DNA of 62,943 nucleotides, filler included, from Choristocarpus tenellus KU-1152 (lineage: Eukaryota; Protista; Phaeophyceae): assembly GCA_964200185.2 (NCBI GenBank). It is 10 parts of 10 records of this genome, joined end to end, with 100 filler letters (N's around TTAATTAATTAA, not from the genome) between each part and the next. Parts side by side here need not be neighbours in the genome. Positions count along the whole stretch, not along the records: positions 25,968 to 30,004 come from CAXNAD020016546.1; positions 30,105 to 37,107 come from CAXNAD020006884.1; positions 37,208 to 51,647 come from CAXNAD020001188.1; 7 more parts are not named here. One strand, written 5' to 3'. Made by a program: the position numbers and the translations under genes. The notes beneath the pieces were generated by a model. That model worked only from the letters and a program-made list of their open reading frames with translations, did no database searches and was not told the origin of the DNA. Shown here piece by piece: positions 26,791 to 40,977 of the stretch (position 1 is its first letter; every line of letters begins with the position of its first letter).

Positions 26791-28304
26791 GGCCATGACC
26801 AGGTACACCAAGGCCTTGAGTTACGCTGAAGGGACCACGGGTCATGACTCTGATGCTGACACCGCTGAGGAAGATGAAGTGACTTCCCCTAGCCCCTCTG
26901 AACACATTGCAGTGACAGTGCTCTGCAATCAAGCAGCTTGTCTGTTGAAGCTGGGGGACAACCAAGCTGCTCTGCATGCTGCAGATCGGGCCTTGGACCT
27001 TTGTTCCTCGTGGGCTTCCCCTGTCACAGCTAAGGTGAAATCTACATACCGGCGAGCCTGCGCCCTGCTAGCCCTGACCCGATGGGATGAGAGCAGGAAG
27101 GCGTTTAGGGACTTGCTCACTCTGGACCCTGACAATGACGGTGCTCGCCAGGTGGGTTGAATTTAATGTTGATATGTGGTCACTGGACTGACTAGACATA
27201 GCAACTAGGATGTATTTGTAGTGAGTTGAAAGAACATTGGAAACCAAAGTCGAGCTATTACAGGCGAGGTTTCTCTGCTTAGTCTTTTGCACTTCTTAAA
27301 CATGCTTGTTTCTTTGGGTGATGTCTTGCCCACAGGGATGATAATTTGGAGTGAGTGCTCTTGCTCCATGATGTTTTTAGGGCTCCTCTGCTACCGCGGG
27401 TTCTGGATTTCTGTACTCATCAAGATTTGTTTAGGTTCTCAAGTATCTCTTGACCTGCCAATGGACTTTGTTTTTGTGCAAAGGTTGAGATTGTCATTAG
27501 AAGCTACTTTTAGTGATGTGCACTAGTTGTGGTCTGTGTGACTGAGGTCTTACCCTTAGTCTTGTATGGGGTCAATTGATGGTTGGGGTTAGTCTTGTGA
27601 AAGCTTTCAATTTCTCGGGCAGTCATACAAGATAGTTGTGATCTCGAGTGATGTCTATGGCCCTAATCACTTCATCTAGGGTGCTTCATGTGTTGGAGAC
27701 AGCTACCAAAGATTGATCTCGAACTCTTCCCTGCCTCCCTCCCTTTACGCGAAGAGATCCCAGTCAATGATCAGCTTCAATTGAAAGGAGTGTTGCTGTT
27801 TTATACTGCACGATACAAGGAGTGTGTCCTGTACATCCGAATGAACATCTGTGTACATCGCATGCACAACAAGATTTCAATAATCACCCCCCTGTTCCTG
27901 CCCTTCCATTGATTAAATTTTGTTAGGGTTTGGGACGCCTGGCCAAGGCAGAGAAAGCCCATGCCCAAATCCTCCGCAAGGCCTATGGGGGTTTCTTCAG
28001 TTCTTCCAAGATGAAAGGCTTTGCCTCCGATGGACGTGAGGAGGAGGAGCAGCGATCTGTTGCTGCCAAGGACAAGGAAGCTCAAAGCAAGGGAAACGAG
28101 TTTGGGGGTCATGGGGGAGAAAGTGATTTTGAAGGTGAAAGCTGGAGCAGTGATCAAGGCTCAGAAACTGATACTTCCAGTGAAGAGGTGGGGGGTGGGG
28201 GGGATGGTGACAATGACATAGGTACAGAGAAGTTAGGGAGTGATACTGTGAAGAACTCCTGTGGCGGTGACTTGGCCCCCCCAGCAGAACCGGTTTCCCC
28301 CTGA
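26791..28304 (+). CDS. TPR-repeat protein (FKBP/cyclophilin co-chaperone-type TPR), last two exons 26791-27151 and 27927-28304
   Basis: YTKAL..NQAACLLKLG..AALHAADRAL..KSTYRRACAL..LTLDPDN then LAKAEK..YGGFF; in-frame splice; acidic tail and stop. Confidence 0.85.
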
Positions 28305-28811
28305 TGTTGGCTGAAATAATTTCGGCATAGGACTTATCATTTTGCGCAGGTTGGGCTTGGTTTGCCCAAGGTATGAAGCCGTGGTAATACCAGTACATAA
28401 TGAGGGGTGAGCCAAATAAGCCTCCGTCATGCCTGTTGCACAAATCGCTGCATGGTACTAACTCAAAATGTGTCAACCCTTCCGATGACCTCCAGAAGAA
28501 GAAAGGGCCATAGTTGTGGGGGATAAGTACGACCTTGCAGTCAGTCAGAAACATCTCTCAAGGTGTTAAGATGTCTAGGTTATCTCACTTTACCTGCGAT
28601 AGCGAATGTAAATGTTGATGCACTGTCTGAAAATACCGAATCTTTCCATTCTGCTATCATTCTGTGGCAAGTTTCAATCACGGTACGTCATTACCCCTTC
28701 AATTGATTGGTTTCAGAGGATATGGGCATATTCTTTTAGCTGATTTCCAACCGTCCCTTGGTTCTACCCAGACCAGCTGAACGCTATGCATCATGGTACA
28801 ATCAACCAACA

Positions 28812-29209
28812 TCATTGCATAAAAAGGCGCTCGTATGTGTCCAGGCCCTTAGTAAGGATGGCAAAGGGCTTCTTCCTTGCCTCCTACGTATTAGCTTGAA
28901 CTTGTAGAATGCTTGGTTTGTTCATGTCGTGTCTTCATTATGGTTTCGACCGTCTACTATGGACATCAAGTGCCATTGTGCCAAGATGGAATCGGATCTG
29001 TGTTTTCTGGTTGAGTTGTGGTTTGATGTTTTAGGCCAGTGGATGGAGTGCCAAGTGCACTGAATGCAGAGTACGCAAATCATGTGTAGGGAAGATAACA
29101 AAGAGTAATGCGCCCCTTCAGAGGGCAGTTATTCAAAATGTCAAAAAACATATAAAAAAACATACACATCTGAATAATCTTCTCGATCTAGTCTTGCAAT
29201 TTTTTGATG
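28812..29209 (-). CDS. Probable 3' exons (29209-29168, 28883-28812) of an unidentified gene convergent with the TPR gene
   Basis: HQKIARLDREDYSD|EARKKPFAILTKGLDTYERLFMQ* with AG/GT boundaries in phase 0. Confidence 0.4.
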
Positions 29210-32200
29210 CTGTAGGCTTGATTGGGTGAAGCGGAAATGAGAGTAACACAAGAGTGAGATACAGACCAAGCACTTGCATAAGCCTGCATTGGAAGAAAAT
29301 GCCACAAGAGTGCTGTATACAAGAGCGTTTAAGATGCCCACCGAGGCTTGGTTGTTCTCATTCGCGCTTTCATTTGAATGCATATTGATTCACACACAGG
29401 AACAGTACAGTATTTGTCCCAACCAATAACCCTAACTCCACCATGGAGATGACATTCCGTTTTGACATGGGCAGAACAAGTAGTCCCACTCTGCGCTATA
29501 GTAATGGGCTTTAGAAATAGAACACTGGGAATTTCATGTGTTGCACAAATAACACCTCCTCGCATCAACAAGTACGCCACACATAGAGTAAGGTTGGAAG
29601 AGCACCACTCACACAGTAGAGAATACACGCGTGAATTCAGTATAGCAAGCCAAGAGTGGGACAAGACATGGACTTGTCAAATCAAAGGCTTCCTTCCACC
29701 GCCATTCTCTCACAAATCAGACTGCAGTGGTAGTCTACTGCACTTGTCTCCATAAGCAAAAAAGTATGCTCGTACCAGTTCACCTTCTTCCTGTGCATCA
29801 GAAGGTCACAACCTTTGGCCTCTTCAACTTTGATGGCACCTTGGTACTACCTTTCCCTTTACTCCTCTTGCTTTCTAACTCATCCTGACTACCATTATCC
29901 TCCAAGTCAAAATAGTCATCGTCCTCAAGGTCATCACCACCACCCCACTCCCTCACTGTGGCATTTGTTTTTTCTCGACCTGCACGGAAGTGAGCCCCCC
30001 CCCCNNNNNNNNNNNNNNNNNNNNNNNNNNNNNNNNNNNNNNNNNNNNTTAATTAATTAANNNNNNNNNNNNNNNNNNNNNNNNNNNNNNNNNNNNNNNN
30101 NNNNTGGTGGCTGTCCATTTGGGGTCAATTTTTTCATGTCGCAATTTTTGGGTGATTTGGTTACATACTTCGAATGGATAATGTAAGTGCACTTTTCCTG
30201 GTTATGTCCCAAATGGACATCTTGGTGTAAACCGCTCCCCCCCCAGATACTTTGGGTCAAGGCATTGCTGGGGACTATTGGTACCTTCCGAGGAAATATA
30301 GCAATATCCCAGATTTGTGCCAACCACAATCCAGCAAGTATGTATGAATTCCAATACGACTTGAAGATATATGGTGCGTTTGGTGGAAGTCGCCAACCCA
30401 GACGCACCAGCCCTAGATATAGCTTGTGGCATGAGTGATACCCAATTTATGTGAATGGACGAACTCCCACTTTGTGAGCTGAGCAAATCTGAATAAACTT
30501 TTTATCACATTGTACTCCCATATCTCAGAGTTCGAGTTCGCTAAAAACAAGGAGGCCTTGTTCTCCAAGCATTTCGACAACACTCTCAAATGTTGCAGCC
30601 ACAGCGATCCAGACCACCTTCCCCTTCTTTGACTTTAGTAATATCAATAAGGGTTGGGTGATGTTCCCCATTCATGGCAGAGGGCAATCTATTAAGGACC
30701 ACGTTTCTTACGGATTGAGGTGTTGTAATGGAAAAAGTAATAAAAAAATCCAAGTGCAGGACACCCACATCTCGTCATCAAAAGTAGCGACCAAAATTTT
30801 ACAGAAAAGATCGGGTGACCCCAAAAAACAAGCAAACGCAGAGAGAGGGAGACAGATAGCAAGAAGAGTGCGAAGTTGGGGGAGGCAGTTCATGTAAATA
30901 ATTTGCACGACCATGTAACCAGAATGTTGCTATGTCCTAAATGACAAGGCCAAAATCCTCAATGTATGTAATGTCTCAGAGCACTTCACTCCAAAACATA
31001 AATAACACAATGTGGTTACTATGTACTTGTAGAAACACTTTTGAGTAACGCAACATTTTGCACTATGCCCTACAGTAACTCTCCATTATAAAACTTCATA
31101 CACACACCTGGTTTAACTGATCAACCAACTTCGCCCAATACACTATCAAGTCTACATCCAATATCCCTTTTTTGGTTCAGCCTATATACTACTTTGGTGG
31201 TGAGACTCCCTAGACTTGTCGAGGATAGCAATGGAAATGGCGTGGAGACCAGGGTATTTGTTGACAACAACCCCCTGCTGTTGACATTGCCCTGTGAGGT
31301 GTCAAATCATTGGAGGCATCCTCAAGTTGACTACTGTTGTAATCTCGTTCGTGGCACAAGGAAGGAACAATTGTGTGATTGGCACGATCCACCTCACCGA
31401 AGACAGCCATAATATCCACATGCAACCAAGTTCCAAAGGAGACAATAGTTTGGTGAGGGAGTAGGAAATAAAACATACTTCATGGGGGGATGTTCATGGG
31501 CAGTACGACAACTCTTCTTTTATCACACACCCTCTATAACGCAACGCTCACATATCATGACCAAATGTTCTAGCGCCATAGTACTACAAAGTAGGTTCCA
31601 GACAAGGGCATCATAGAGCAAAATACAACTCATGTCACAAAATAATTGATCCCGATTGCCCTTGACAGTGTGTTGGACAAAAGAGCAGGACGAGAGAGCT
31701 TTGTGGACATATCTTTTCTCTTTTGCATTACTTTTTCCACATTCCTTCCAAAATTTCACAATCGAACTAATTTGTGAAAACAGAATAATTGGGAAAATTG
31801 TTATTGGTGTTGATTGTTCTGGATAACGGTGTTGTAATCCACATATGCTTGAGTGTTTATTGGACAATGGACGTTACAGGGCAAACGGCACCGAGTGTTC
31901 TTCCCTCATAATGCATGTTAGACACAACACAAGTGCTAGACAATTAGTGTTGTAGAGCAAAATGGGTTCAGATGACATACGGACAACGAACGATAGAGAA
32001 CAGTACTAACGTTGTCCTATATACGAGACGTTGCAGGCCGATATGACTGGAATGTTTACAGTTTTCATTTGTTTCCCCCCTGAAACATGGGGGAAATACC
32101 AGAGGGCATAATAAAATATGGCTGAAACAATCTGTTTTACATGTATTTTTCTTTGTCACTCCTGGCAACTTCTGCCTGAAAGATGTCAGTAGACCTAGAA

Positions 32201-32816
32201 CATTCATATTATATTGGTCTTTCTGGATCACGAATAATTTTGTAACCCTGTACTTGAAAGGATAATAGTAATTTTGTCGTATGAAACTCATCACATGTTG
32301 GAAACTGCACATTTTTCATACAGCACAATATGTTTATCAACACTTTGCTGTGCAAAAATCATTTCATATGTTGAGTCGACATGTTACGCAGTATGTTTTG
32401 AACCTGTGGTGATGGAGTGTTAGTTGCCATACATGACCATCTTGACTGGTATGGGCACAACATAGCGTTGAGTGTTTCGTTGTCACAGCATCTCGTAATA
32501 TACTGTGGGCTTTGAGGATGCTAAGATTTAAGGAGATAAGGCACACAATTCAAAGAAACTCTTGTAAGAAGTGATTTACTGTTGGTTGGTGGATACGCAA
32601 AAGATATCGACTTTGTGAAGGGGTGCGACAAAACTTGTCTTACACTTTACATCATTGCCATTGGGCTATGACAATGTCCACACATGGTGTTAACAACCAC
32701 GACTATTTCCATAGGGGAAAGCTAAGACTACCAATACACCTGCAGTAAACCTGTATGTAACTACTTCGAACTACAATAATAGTCACGATATACGAGGTCT
32801 CTTTTGATCCTTGTAG

Positions 32817-33070
32817 ATATAACCTCAACACCTTCGTGGTGGAAAGTTTTGGGCACCTCGGCAAGCAAGCGAAACGTTTCCTGGATGACCTGACTACACA
32901 CATGGTGGGGGGAAGAGGAACCGGAGGCTATGCCAGGAAAGGGGCGGTCAAATGCCACCTATGTCAAATAGTCTCGGTGACAACGCAGGTAGCACTGTCT
33001 AGAAGTGTCATGTGTTCTAAGCTGGAATCACCAGGGAGGTGGGTAAGGAGGGGTTTCTTGGATTCTCAGG
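32817..33070 (+). mobile_element. 3' end of a CRE-like (restriction-like endonuclease) non-LTR retrotransposon ORF
   Basis: TFVVESFGHLGKQAKRFLDDL...QIVSVTTQVALSR matches the ExFGxxG...SVxxQ C-terminus of RLE elements; partly duplicated at 33290-33420. Confidence 0.65.
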
Positions 33071-33825
33071 ATGCCTCTCTAGGGTGCAGGAATAGGTAGA
33101 TTGGAGGCACAGGAAGGCAGTGGTACAACATAGATAGTGGTGAAGTAACAAATAGACTATTTTTTTTCACATTTGTTACATATTTTACTTCTTCAGGGCT
33201 TACACCGACATGTGAATAGTTTTCATTGGTTTTTCCGTTGACACATCTGTAAAATGTCAGAGGGCATACAATATAATCCTGTCTACGACAGATAGTCTCA
33301 GTCACAACGCAAGTAGCCTTATCTTGATGTGTCGCGCGTTTTAAGCTGGAGATACCAGGGAGATAGGCAAGGAGGAGCATGTTAGATTCTTGGGATGCTT
33401 GCCTAGCTACTCACCCTGGGGAGCAGGACTAAGGTAGGTTGGAGGCACAGGAAGGCAGTGGTGCACCATAGCTGGTAGTAAAATAGTAAATAGATTAATG
33501 TCTTTCACATTTACGACAACTGTTACTATTATAGGGGTTTTTCTGAGATGGGCATAGTTTTCATTGGTTTTTCCTCTAACACATCTGCAAAATGTCAGAG
33601 GGTATAATAAAAAAATATACAATGGTGTTAAGCCGAATGTTGTCCTGACTGTGCTCTTTATGGAGACGGTGAAATACCGTCTCAAATATCGTCAACTGCA
33701 CCCGTCCCTTACACATTTTCGTCCAATTCCCTATTATCATCTGTAGTAGAATTGTATGGAGCTCAAAAAACAATAGGTTCCCATCCCACTCCTTCAGCAC
33801 AATGTTCCCATCTCAAAGTTGACAA

Positions 33826-36684
33826 TCACCGAGACATGTCGATCAGAACCTGAAGTGTTTGATATAATATGGAAAAATTGAGACAGTGGGCGAGAAGCAA
33901 AGAGTAAAGAGTGCTAACAAGGACACTACCAATAGTTCTGTATGAATCAACGTCTAGCTCCAGGAGAGATTTTGATTTAAAACATATTGTTGAGGGAATC
34001 ATTTCATAGGTGATCAAACGTCCCTCCTCCACAATTGCTCCTGTCTATACATCGAGATATGAATGTTTCGAACGTTTGAAGGGGGTATTTGGAATGGTAT
34101 TTTTCGAAGTATTCCAGATGGAGCACAGTATCGAAGTGAGTTTAAGGTGGGCAATTACGAGTAGACAAGGAGGTCTTGATTCCTTCTTTAACCCCTGAAA
34201 ACTAGAGGCCTAGGTGTAGTAGAAAGAAGCATCGCAGCAACCCTTAGAGAGTAGAAAGATAGAGTATCAAGGTGGGAAATAAACCGTGCTGGTACTATTG
34301 GAGAGGGGATAAAATACCTTTAAAAATGTTAAGATATATGGGTTTATAGTCGACTGTGCTAGAGGAGTGGTGAAAAAGTGCTGGAAGTGAGGACAAAATA
34401 GAAGGGACTGGGCTATGAGACATGGACAACAAGAACTAAAGGGAGAGACTATTGCCGAACCACCTCTTTCACTCCCTTTTTACAACTTCCACAGTGTCGG
34501 GGCTCCTCCCATTGGAGCAACATAGTAAGGTTGCTCTTTGTGAGCAAGAAAAAAACAGAAGGGTGCTCCAGAGAGAGATTAATATACTCCGAGTAATTGT
34601 ATGTAAAAGAATATGAAACAAAACCGAAAATTTAAAAATACGCATTTCAAGTCAAAAATATGTACGGGGGGGACAAGAGGGCAGGCTGTTAACAGGGAGA
34701 CACCGTTCACACATGTCAAATCTACTTGAAAGTGTGTTGGAGTACATAATCACATTACATTACAAACAGGCACCGAAGTTGGCTAGGGCAATCAGCAACT
34801 AAACCATATTGTCTTTCCAACGCTAAGAAAAGACTGGAGTGAAAGTATGTTAGGGTTAGGGTACGAGTTTTGTCCGTTTGGGCCTTGACTTCCCAATGGG
34901 GTTTTTATGACACTTTCCAAATCGAAAATATATCGGAGTAGGTAAAATGTATACATTATGAAATGGTGTGTCTGGAATAATGATGTTGACAATTCCTAAC
35001 AAACACGATAGCCAAAACATCAAAATGGCAAAATTAGATCGTGGCCCCCAAATGGACGTGGCTTTTCCCTCTAAGATACTTTGACTCACTCACCTTCCGA
35101 CTCCGGAATGGTTGACGCGACGATTGCATGGCTTCCCTGAACTGGGACAGGGGATGCCTCTCGAGGAAAAGCTTGAGTCTGTCGGATCGAATCATCTGCG
35201 ATATATCTTCTGCATTGTGGTGAAATAGGAAGGTATGTGGGCCACATAGGAAAAACAAAGCCAGGGAAAAGGGGGGAAGGAGAGGGATGCACAACCATAC
35301 CGAGGCATGTAAGCAAGCATCCAACATAGGGTCAGACAAAGAGCGGTAGATTGGGCCAATCTACTTTTCCACAAAGTGTTCTAAAAAAATATGCGTAAGC
35401 TACAAGCACTTTCTCGTTGCCAAGAGCTAAAAGGTGCCATGCTCCATACTACTGACACTGAATTTCTCACTTCATTCTACTCCTAGGTCAAGCCACCGGA
35501 CCCAAGCGTATATCTCAGGTAGCCGACCCCACAGAATGGGGACATGTCACCAAAGGGGAGAGGTTGGCAAGGTTCAGAGGCGCAACACCCACCGGCAGAA
35601 CATCAACGCCCACCAAGAAGTAGCTCTGCATTGGTCGCACTGGGGAAGGGGACACGGTCTACTCTCTGTCAGGTCAAAGAGCAGATTCACGGCCCATGTA
35701 CCAACAAGACTTGTAAAAAACAAGCGCACTGACTGATTGATCCCGCCGCAGGCCCTTCTGGCATTCCACACCCCACTCTTACACAAGGCATTCAACTATG
35801 CAACCGTGTGGTCTAGTCAGCATATAAATATATATGCTAATATAATATACATACATATACATATATTTATTACCAAGTATACAACAAGACGTAAGGCACG
35901 CAGGTAAAACTCCAACATAAACAGGAAGTAAGAGACAACCAAACACCCCCCATTCCATGACTCAGCACTTCCATCTCCACCCACCGTCCTAATCCTACTG
36001 TCCTATTCCGCACCCGCCAACAGCCACTATAAGAAATGGTAAAGTTTAATTTCTTACGCATTAAGAGAGATGTTATCAGCACCACCTAATGCCCTTGGCA
36101 TCACTATTCTTGGACCATCTTGCCATTTCGACAACCCACTTTCAAGTACCAACTTGAGGAAAATGAGCCACCCCATCATCCTATCCTAGAAGGGAGTCTT
36201 TGAATATTTCGGGCCCTTGTGACTGCACTCTGGTAAGTGTCGTTCTCGTGCTCAAATAGGCGATTTCGTTCCTTGGTGTAGATAAATGGGCATCGTCTCT
36301 TCTGTAGACTCCACATCCTAAAGGTGGGCTAGCTGCATTTCAGGCATGGGAATGGGTTGCCAGTCAGAAGCTTTAGAAAAAAACCTGGATACTCAAAGGG
36401 CCTACATTACCTCCCCCTTTTAAGATTGGATCACTCAATATTTGACAAACAAGCCGTTGAATTGTTTTAAGATACCGAGCATTCCACAGCAGCAGCAGCA
36501 CCGAACAAAATGCCACAACCTCTATACATACTACTAACGCAGTTTGTCTATGAATCTCCTTGTGCTCTCCCAATCTACTCATGAACGGGCCGATCTTCTC
36601 ACCAATCATCTGTTCTCTGACGTGGCGAGGGTTCTCCTTGGCCCATCGAGTGACCCAGAACCCCTGGCAGATTATGCCACGCTC
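33826..36684 (-). CDS. MECR: Mitochondrial trans-2-enoyl-CoA/ACP reductase (MDR family), last three exons 36684-36603, 35209-35094, 33849-33826
   Basis: Spliced: ERGIICQGFWVTRWAKENPRHVREQMI|EDISQMIRSDRLKLFLERHPLSQFREAMQSSRQPFRSRK|VLIDMSR*; the GFWxxxW...K-VL end is typical of MECR/Etr1. Confidence 0.75.
34837..35087. mobile_element. MITE family A abutting the MECR splice donor, TSD ACTG/ACTC
   Basis: Right TIR is followed directly by ACTCAC (donor GTGAGT on the minus strand). Confidence 0.88.
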
Positions 36685-36738
36685 CTGAAAACATGTGAAA
36701 AAAAACATGTGAATATACAACGAGCGTTCGTACACGCG

Positions 36739-36777
<39 letters not shown>

Positions 36778-39119
36778 CAAATGGATAAATAAATAAATAA
36801 AGTAAAACAAAACAAAAAGTGATACGTGGTCAAAACATGGAAGATACAACAGGCACTCAACACAGCAACCAAAAACTATATATATATATATATATCCCAA
36901 CATGACGCAGGAAAACAGGTGCAGCGAGAATAGAGTGCCACTGGAGTACAGAAAGATACCCTAGAAGGGCGGTTCAGGGAGGCGTTCCTCGACCCAACCA
37001 GCACTTGCTATGACACCACACTTTGGTCAGCCAGCACCAAAAGTCGTGACGAGGAGTTGGTTATGATATGTCTGTCCATGCGTGGGGGGCGTCTCTGAAC
37101 AACCCCCNNNNNNNNNNNNNNNNNNNNNNNNNNNNNNNNNNNNNNNNNNNNTTAATTAATTAANNNNNNNNNNNNNNNNNNNNNNNNNNNNNNNNNNNNN
37201 NNNNNNNATGGTTTTAACTCTGATTATATTACATCCATGTGTGTTTTTTGATACGCAGTTTGCAGAGTGGCGTTGATGCAATCTGAGGGATCAATAGCAG
37301 TCACGAAAGAAATAATAATCATCAATGTACAACTGTCATCTTCTGCTGATAAGAAGAGAGAGTGACAGAAAAACAACAACAGAACAACAGAACAAACTTA
37401 TGAACCAATATGTGGTGCAACTAGAGTGACGTACACTATACTATACTATTTCTGTGGAACGCAGAGCGACTGTTCTGTACTAAGGTGTTCTGATTGTAGT
37501 TGATGTGGTGATGGCGAACTAGTGAAAGTAACGTCCAGAACGTAGCAGACCAATCAACAGTCAGTGTTGACTGGTGGAACTATATCGTATCAAGGAACAA
37601 ACAGATGATGAGTAGCCTATGTTTTAACAGAGTAATCCTGCAATCAAAATATTTTTTTCTCTCTTGTGCCTTAACTCAGATTGCTCTAGCTGCATACACA
37701 TACACCTGAGATTTTGGTGGGATATGGGTGCGTTGGACAATTTAGGTAAGGGAGTGTTGTTTGTTGTTGTTGTTGTGTTATGAGTGTCTGTTGTTGTCTG
37801 ACACAGCTGACAGCGAGTGGTTTGACATCATGCATCTCGTTTTTATCATGCATTTTTAGGTAAGATATCAGAACAACCCCCACACTACAAAAAGCTGATA
37901 ACCCCCTCCCTCCTCTCGTGTGTAATTGTTTTGTTATCACTATTAGTGGTCCTTTAGAGTTTACTCTTTTGTAGCTGTCGAGGATATGGGCGTAGTATGC
38001 TGATTTAGGTGAGGGGGTGTTGTCTGTTGTTACAGTGTGGTGAGTCCCTGTATTGTTGTGATGTTGTATTAGTACAGACAACAGCTCGAGATTTGACATT
38101 TTGCATCCCCGCAACTTTACATCCACACAGTACTAGTAGCAGTGCCATTTATAGTTCTCCCTTGTAGCTATTTCTTCTTGTTCTCCATCTTTTTCTACAA
38201 GGACAGTAGCAGCATCGCTGTAATTAGTAATAGAACAGTATTACAGTCATTATTCAAAACCGGTAACCACTACTAGTACCACACAAGAATAAAGTGAAGG
38301 TCAATGACAAAATACGTAGGAAGTAGCAGTGCTGACAACCACAACAATAATACTAAAGGAGGGAGATGGAGTAGAAAAAGAGGAAGTGCAGATAATAATC
38401 ACCATGTTCGTTCCCCTCTCCTCGTACTTCAGTGGTGGTAATGGTAGCAGTTGTAGCACTGTTAGTATGTAGATTATAGTGGATTCAAATCAACAAAGCC
38501 AGGGACTGTGTTTTGTTCTGACTGGTCGCCGCCAATCACAATTAATATTATTTGTTTTCTAATACCATCGCATTAGTCTGAGGGACCCTAGACCCATGGT
38601 CGAAAATGTAGGCTAAAGAAGGCAATACCCATATGCCCATCAAGAAAGGCAGCAGGGACCATGTAATAAATGAAATGACAACAAAGAGTAGAACCCACAC
38701 AGAAGAAAAATACGATCACCCAAACGAACAGAAAGGGGAGAGAGAAAAAAAAGTTGACAAGGATGCAAGAGAAAAAGTCCACAAAGAAAACAGGATTCAG
38801 CAGATAGTGGTCGTGTTGGTGGATTGGGCGACCTTAGCTGCTGCTTTGGTGTGACATACAACAACTATCACAACTTCCTTGAAATGTCATTTAGCCATGA
38901 GCCTCATTGTGGCATTAGCCACACACTCGCCACACACCTGTTAGTGATGCCTGACCTCCAATCCTAAACTTAAGTATCTAACTCCTCAAGGTTTTCTTGG
39001 AGACATGTTCACCAGTTCTTCTCCTGTCAATCTTGCTTACATTTTCTATCCGAAAGCTCCTCAAACATCAATATCTTGGGAGGTATCTCATCTCCCATGT
39101 GAGCAACCGACCAAGCAAA

Positions 39120-39537
39120 TGTTACAGCATGCTCCAGAACTTACCTCCACGGGATGTATAGCTCCAATCCACAGGCCTATAGATGATGCTGATGGTTGTG
39201 CAGGACTCCTGGGATACTCCGACAGTCAAAAGTCCAACGAGGATGGTGAATATCAGGTCAACAGATAAAGGTACTCTTCTGAGTCAATACTAAGCACATA
39301 TGTGAAAATATGGTATCAGAAAAGTGAGATATGGGAGTTTCTTTATCTTCATTTATTTATTCCAGTTTAAAGACATTGAAATACATTTGAGAACCGTTGC
39401 ATACATCCCCAGGTTACAGATCTTACTCTGCAACTTGTAGCAAATCGTAGACCCATTTTGGGGGGTTCTATACACGCATTCACTGCTCGCGCTGGTTAGA
39501 GTGCAGAAAGAAATACTTGCACTATTCGCCTGTAACA
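39120..39537 (-). mobile_element. Solo LTR, family L, 4-bp TSD CAAA
   Basis: TGTTACAG...CTGTAACA perfect 8-bp inverted ends with CAAA on both sides. Confidence 0.85.
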
Positions 39538-40472
39538 CAAATAGGAGCCTCTATCTCTGCACTGTTGACTCGATACTCTCACATAAAGTCTTCATCAGAA
39601 CATCTTCTTTGTAGGATAGGACATGACCTGTACGTTCACGTGTGCAGAAACCTATGCAGCGGAGGAGGAATATCTGATAATGCAAGCAGAGGTTCACAGA
39701 ATGATCCTAGCAGAGTGTCCACCTCATACAAATATATAGCAGAACTCTAAGCACTTCAGCCTTGAACATTTGAATATTAAGCTCAAGTGCAATAGCTGAG
39801 GTGCTGTTCTAAAAGAACTCGGTTGTATGTGTCACAAAACCGCAAGCTTACCATAGGATATGTCGCTCCAATCCACAACCCTGTGGGGTGAAGATGAGGG
39901 TTGTAGAAGGGTTCCATAATGAACATGTCGTCAAAAATGATCTCTCACTTCGATTATGCCCCTTATTGCTTTGATTAGTGTACATATATAGGACTGAACA
40001 AGCAATTATGACCTATAATGTGCGGCATCAAGGAGTCTAATAAATAAATAGATAGTCAAGAAGTACACCATATAAAATCTAGGACTCAAGGTGACCGTGG
40101 CGTTTATGAAACCACAACTAAGACACATTGCCCGTGAGATGCCTCCCCACATGAAGCATAACTGCTTCAATGTGAACAACAGGCGACTGGACAAGAGGAA
40201 ATGAAATGTCGGTCCCCATCCTATCACGAACACAGCAGAATTGAAATGAATGTCACTTCCAGGTCAAAACATACTAGTAGGGAGCATTGGAGATCCAGCA
40301 GAGGAGGAAATCTGTAGAAAAGACCTCCTTCCAACGTTTGCCCTGATGACAGATATGCGAGCGTGACACTCGCACTTCACAGCGCTCACTCTGTATTTGA
40401 CTCAATATTCAAGGGAGAATCTCCTACACCAGAGTCTCACACTCATGTAAAAAAATAGGGTATTATCAAAAG

Positions 40473-40660
40473 GAGTCAAAGCCTTTCAGAGAGTACACTC
40501 ACTATTACATTATTTTAGGCATTGTGACTTGATCACCACAATAGGAGTTTTGCCCTGTTTGTCTGTTCGGGTCTTGGCTTCCCAAGGGTTTTTTATGCCC
40601 TTTTTCGGTTTTCTGTGTGAACACAGTTACCTAAAATGTATACGATGTTAAGTATCCCCA
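40473..40660. mobile_element. Partial, rearranged MITE family A
   Basis: GAGTCAAAG start, then GAGTTTTGCCCTGTTTGTC..GGCTTCCC interior. Confidence 0.6.
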
Positions 40661-40977
40661 AAATTATCAAAGAGGGTTAAGGCGATAAACCCAGCGAGAT
40701 TGCTTGGTGTCTGTAGAGTGATTGATTAAATTTGTTCTGCCCTCCTTTGGTCTCCCTCTCTCGAGGTACTCAGTCCGAGTATCCAGTCTATACCATTTCT
40801 CCTTGTGTCACACGTGCCTAATGGGGGTACCTGCGGATCAAAGACAAAACATATCCTGTGTTCCTTTAGTCAGCTGCGCCTGAGTTGTGACTGATTGAAC
40901 TGCTTGTTACTTCTGTATCTAAAAGTAGTTATTGCAACGCAGTTGCCCCTACTCTAAGGATAAAACACCTGTACTCT

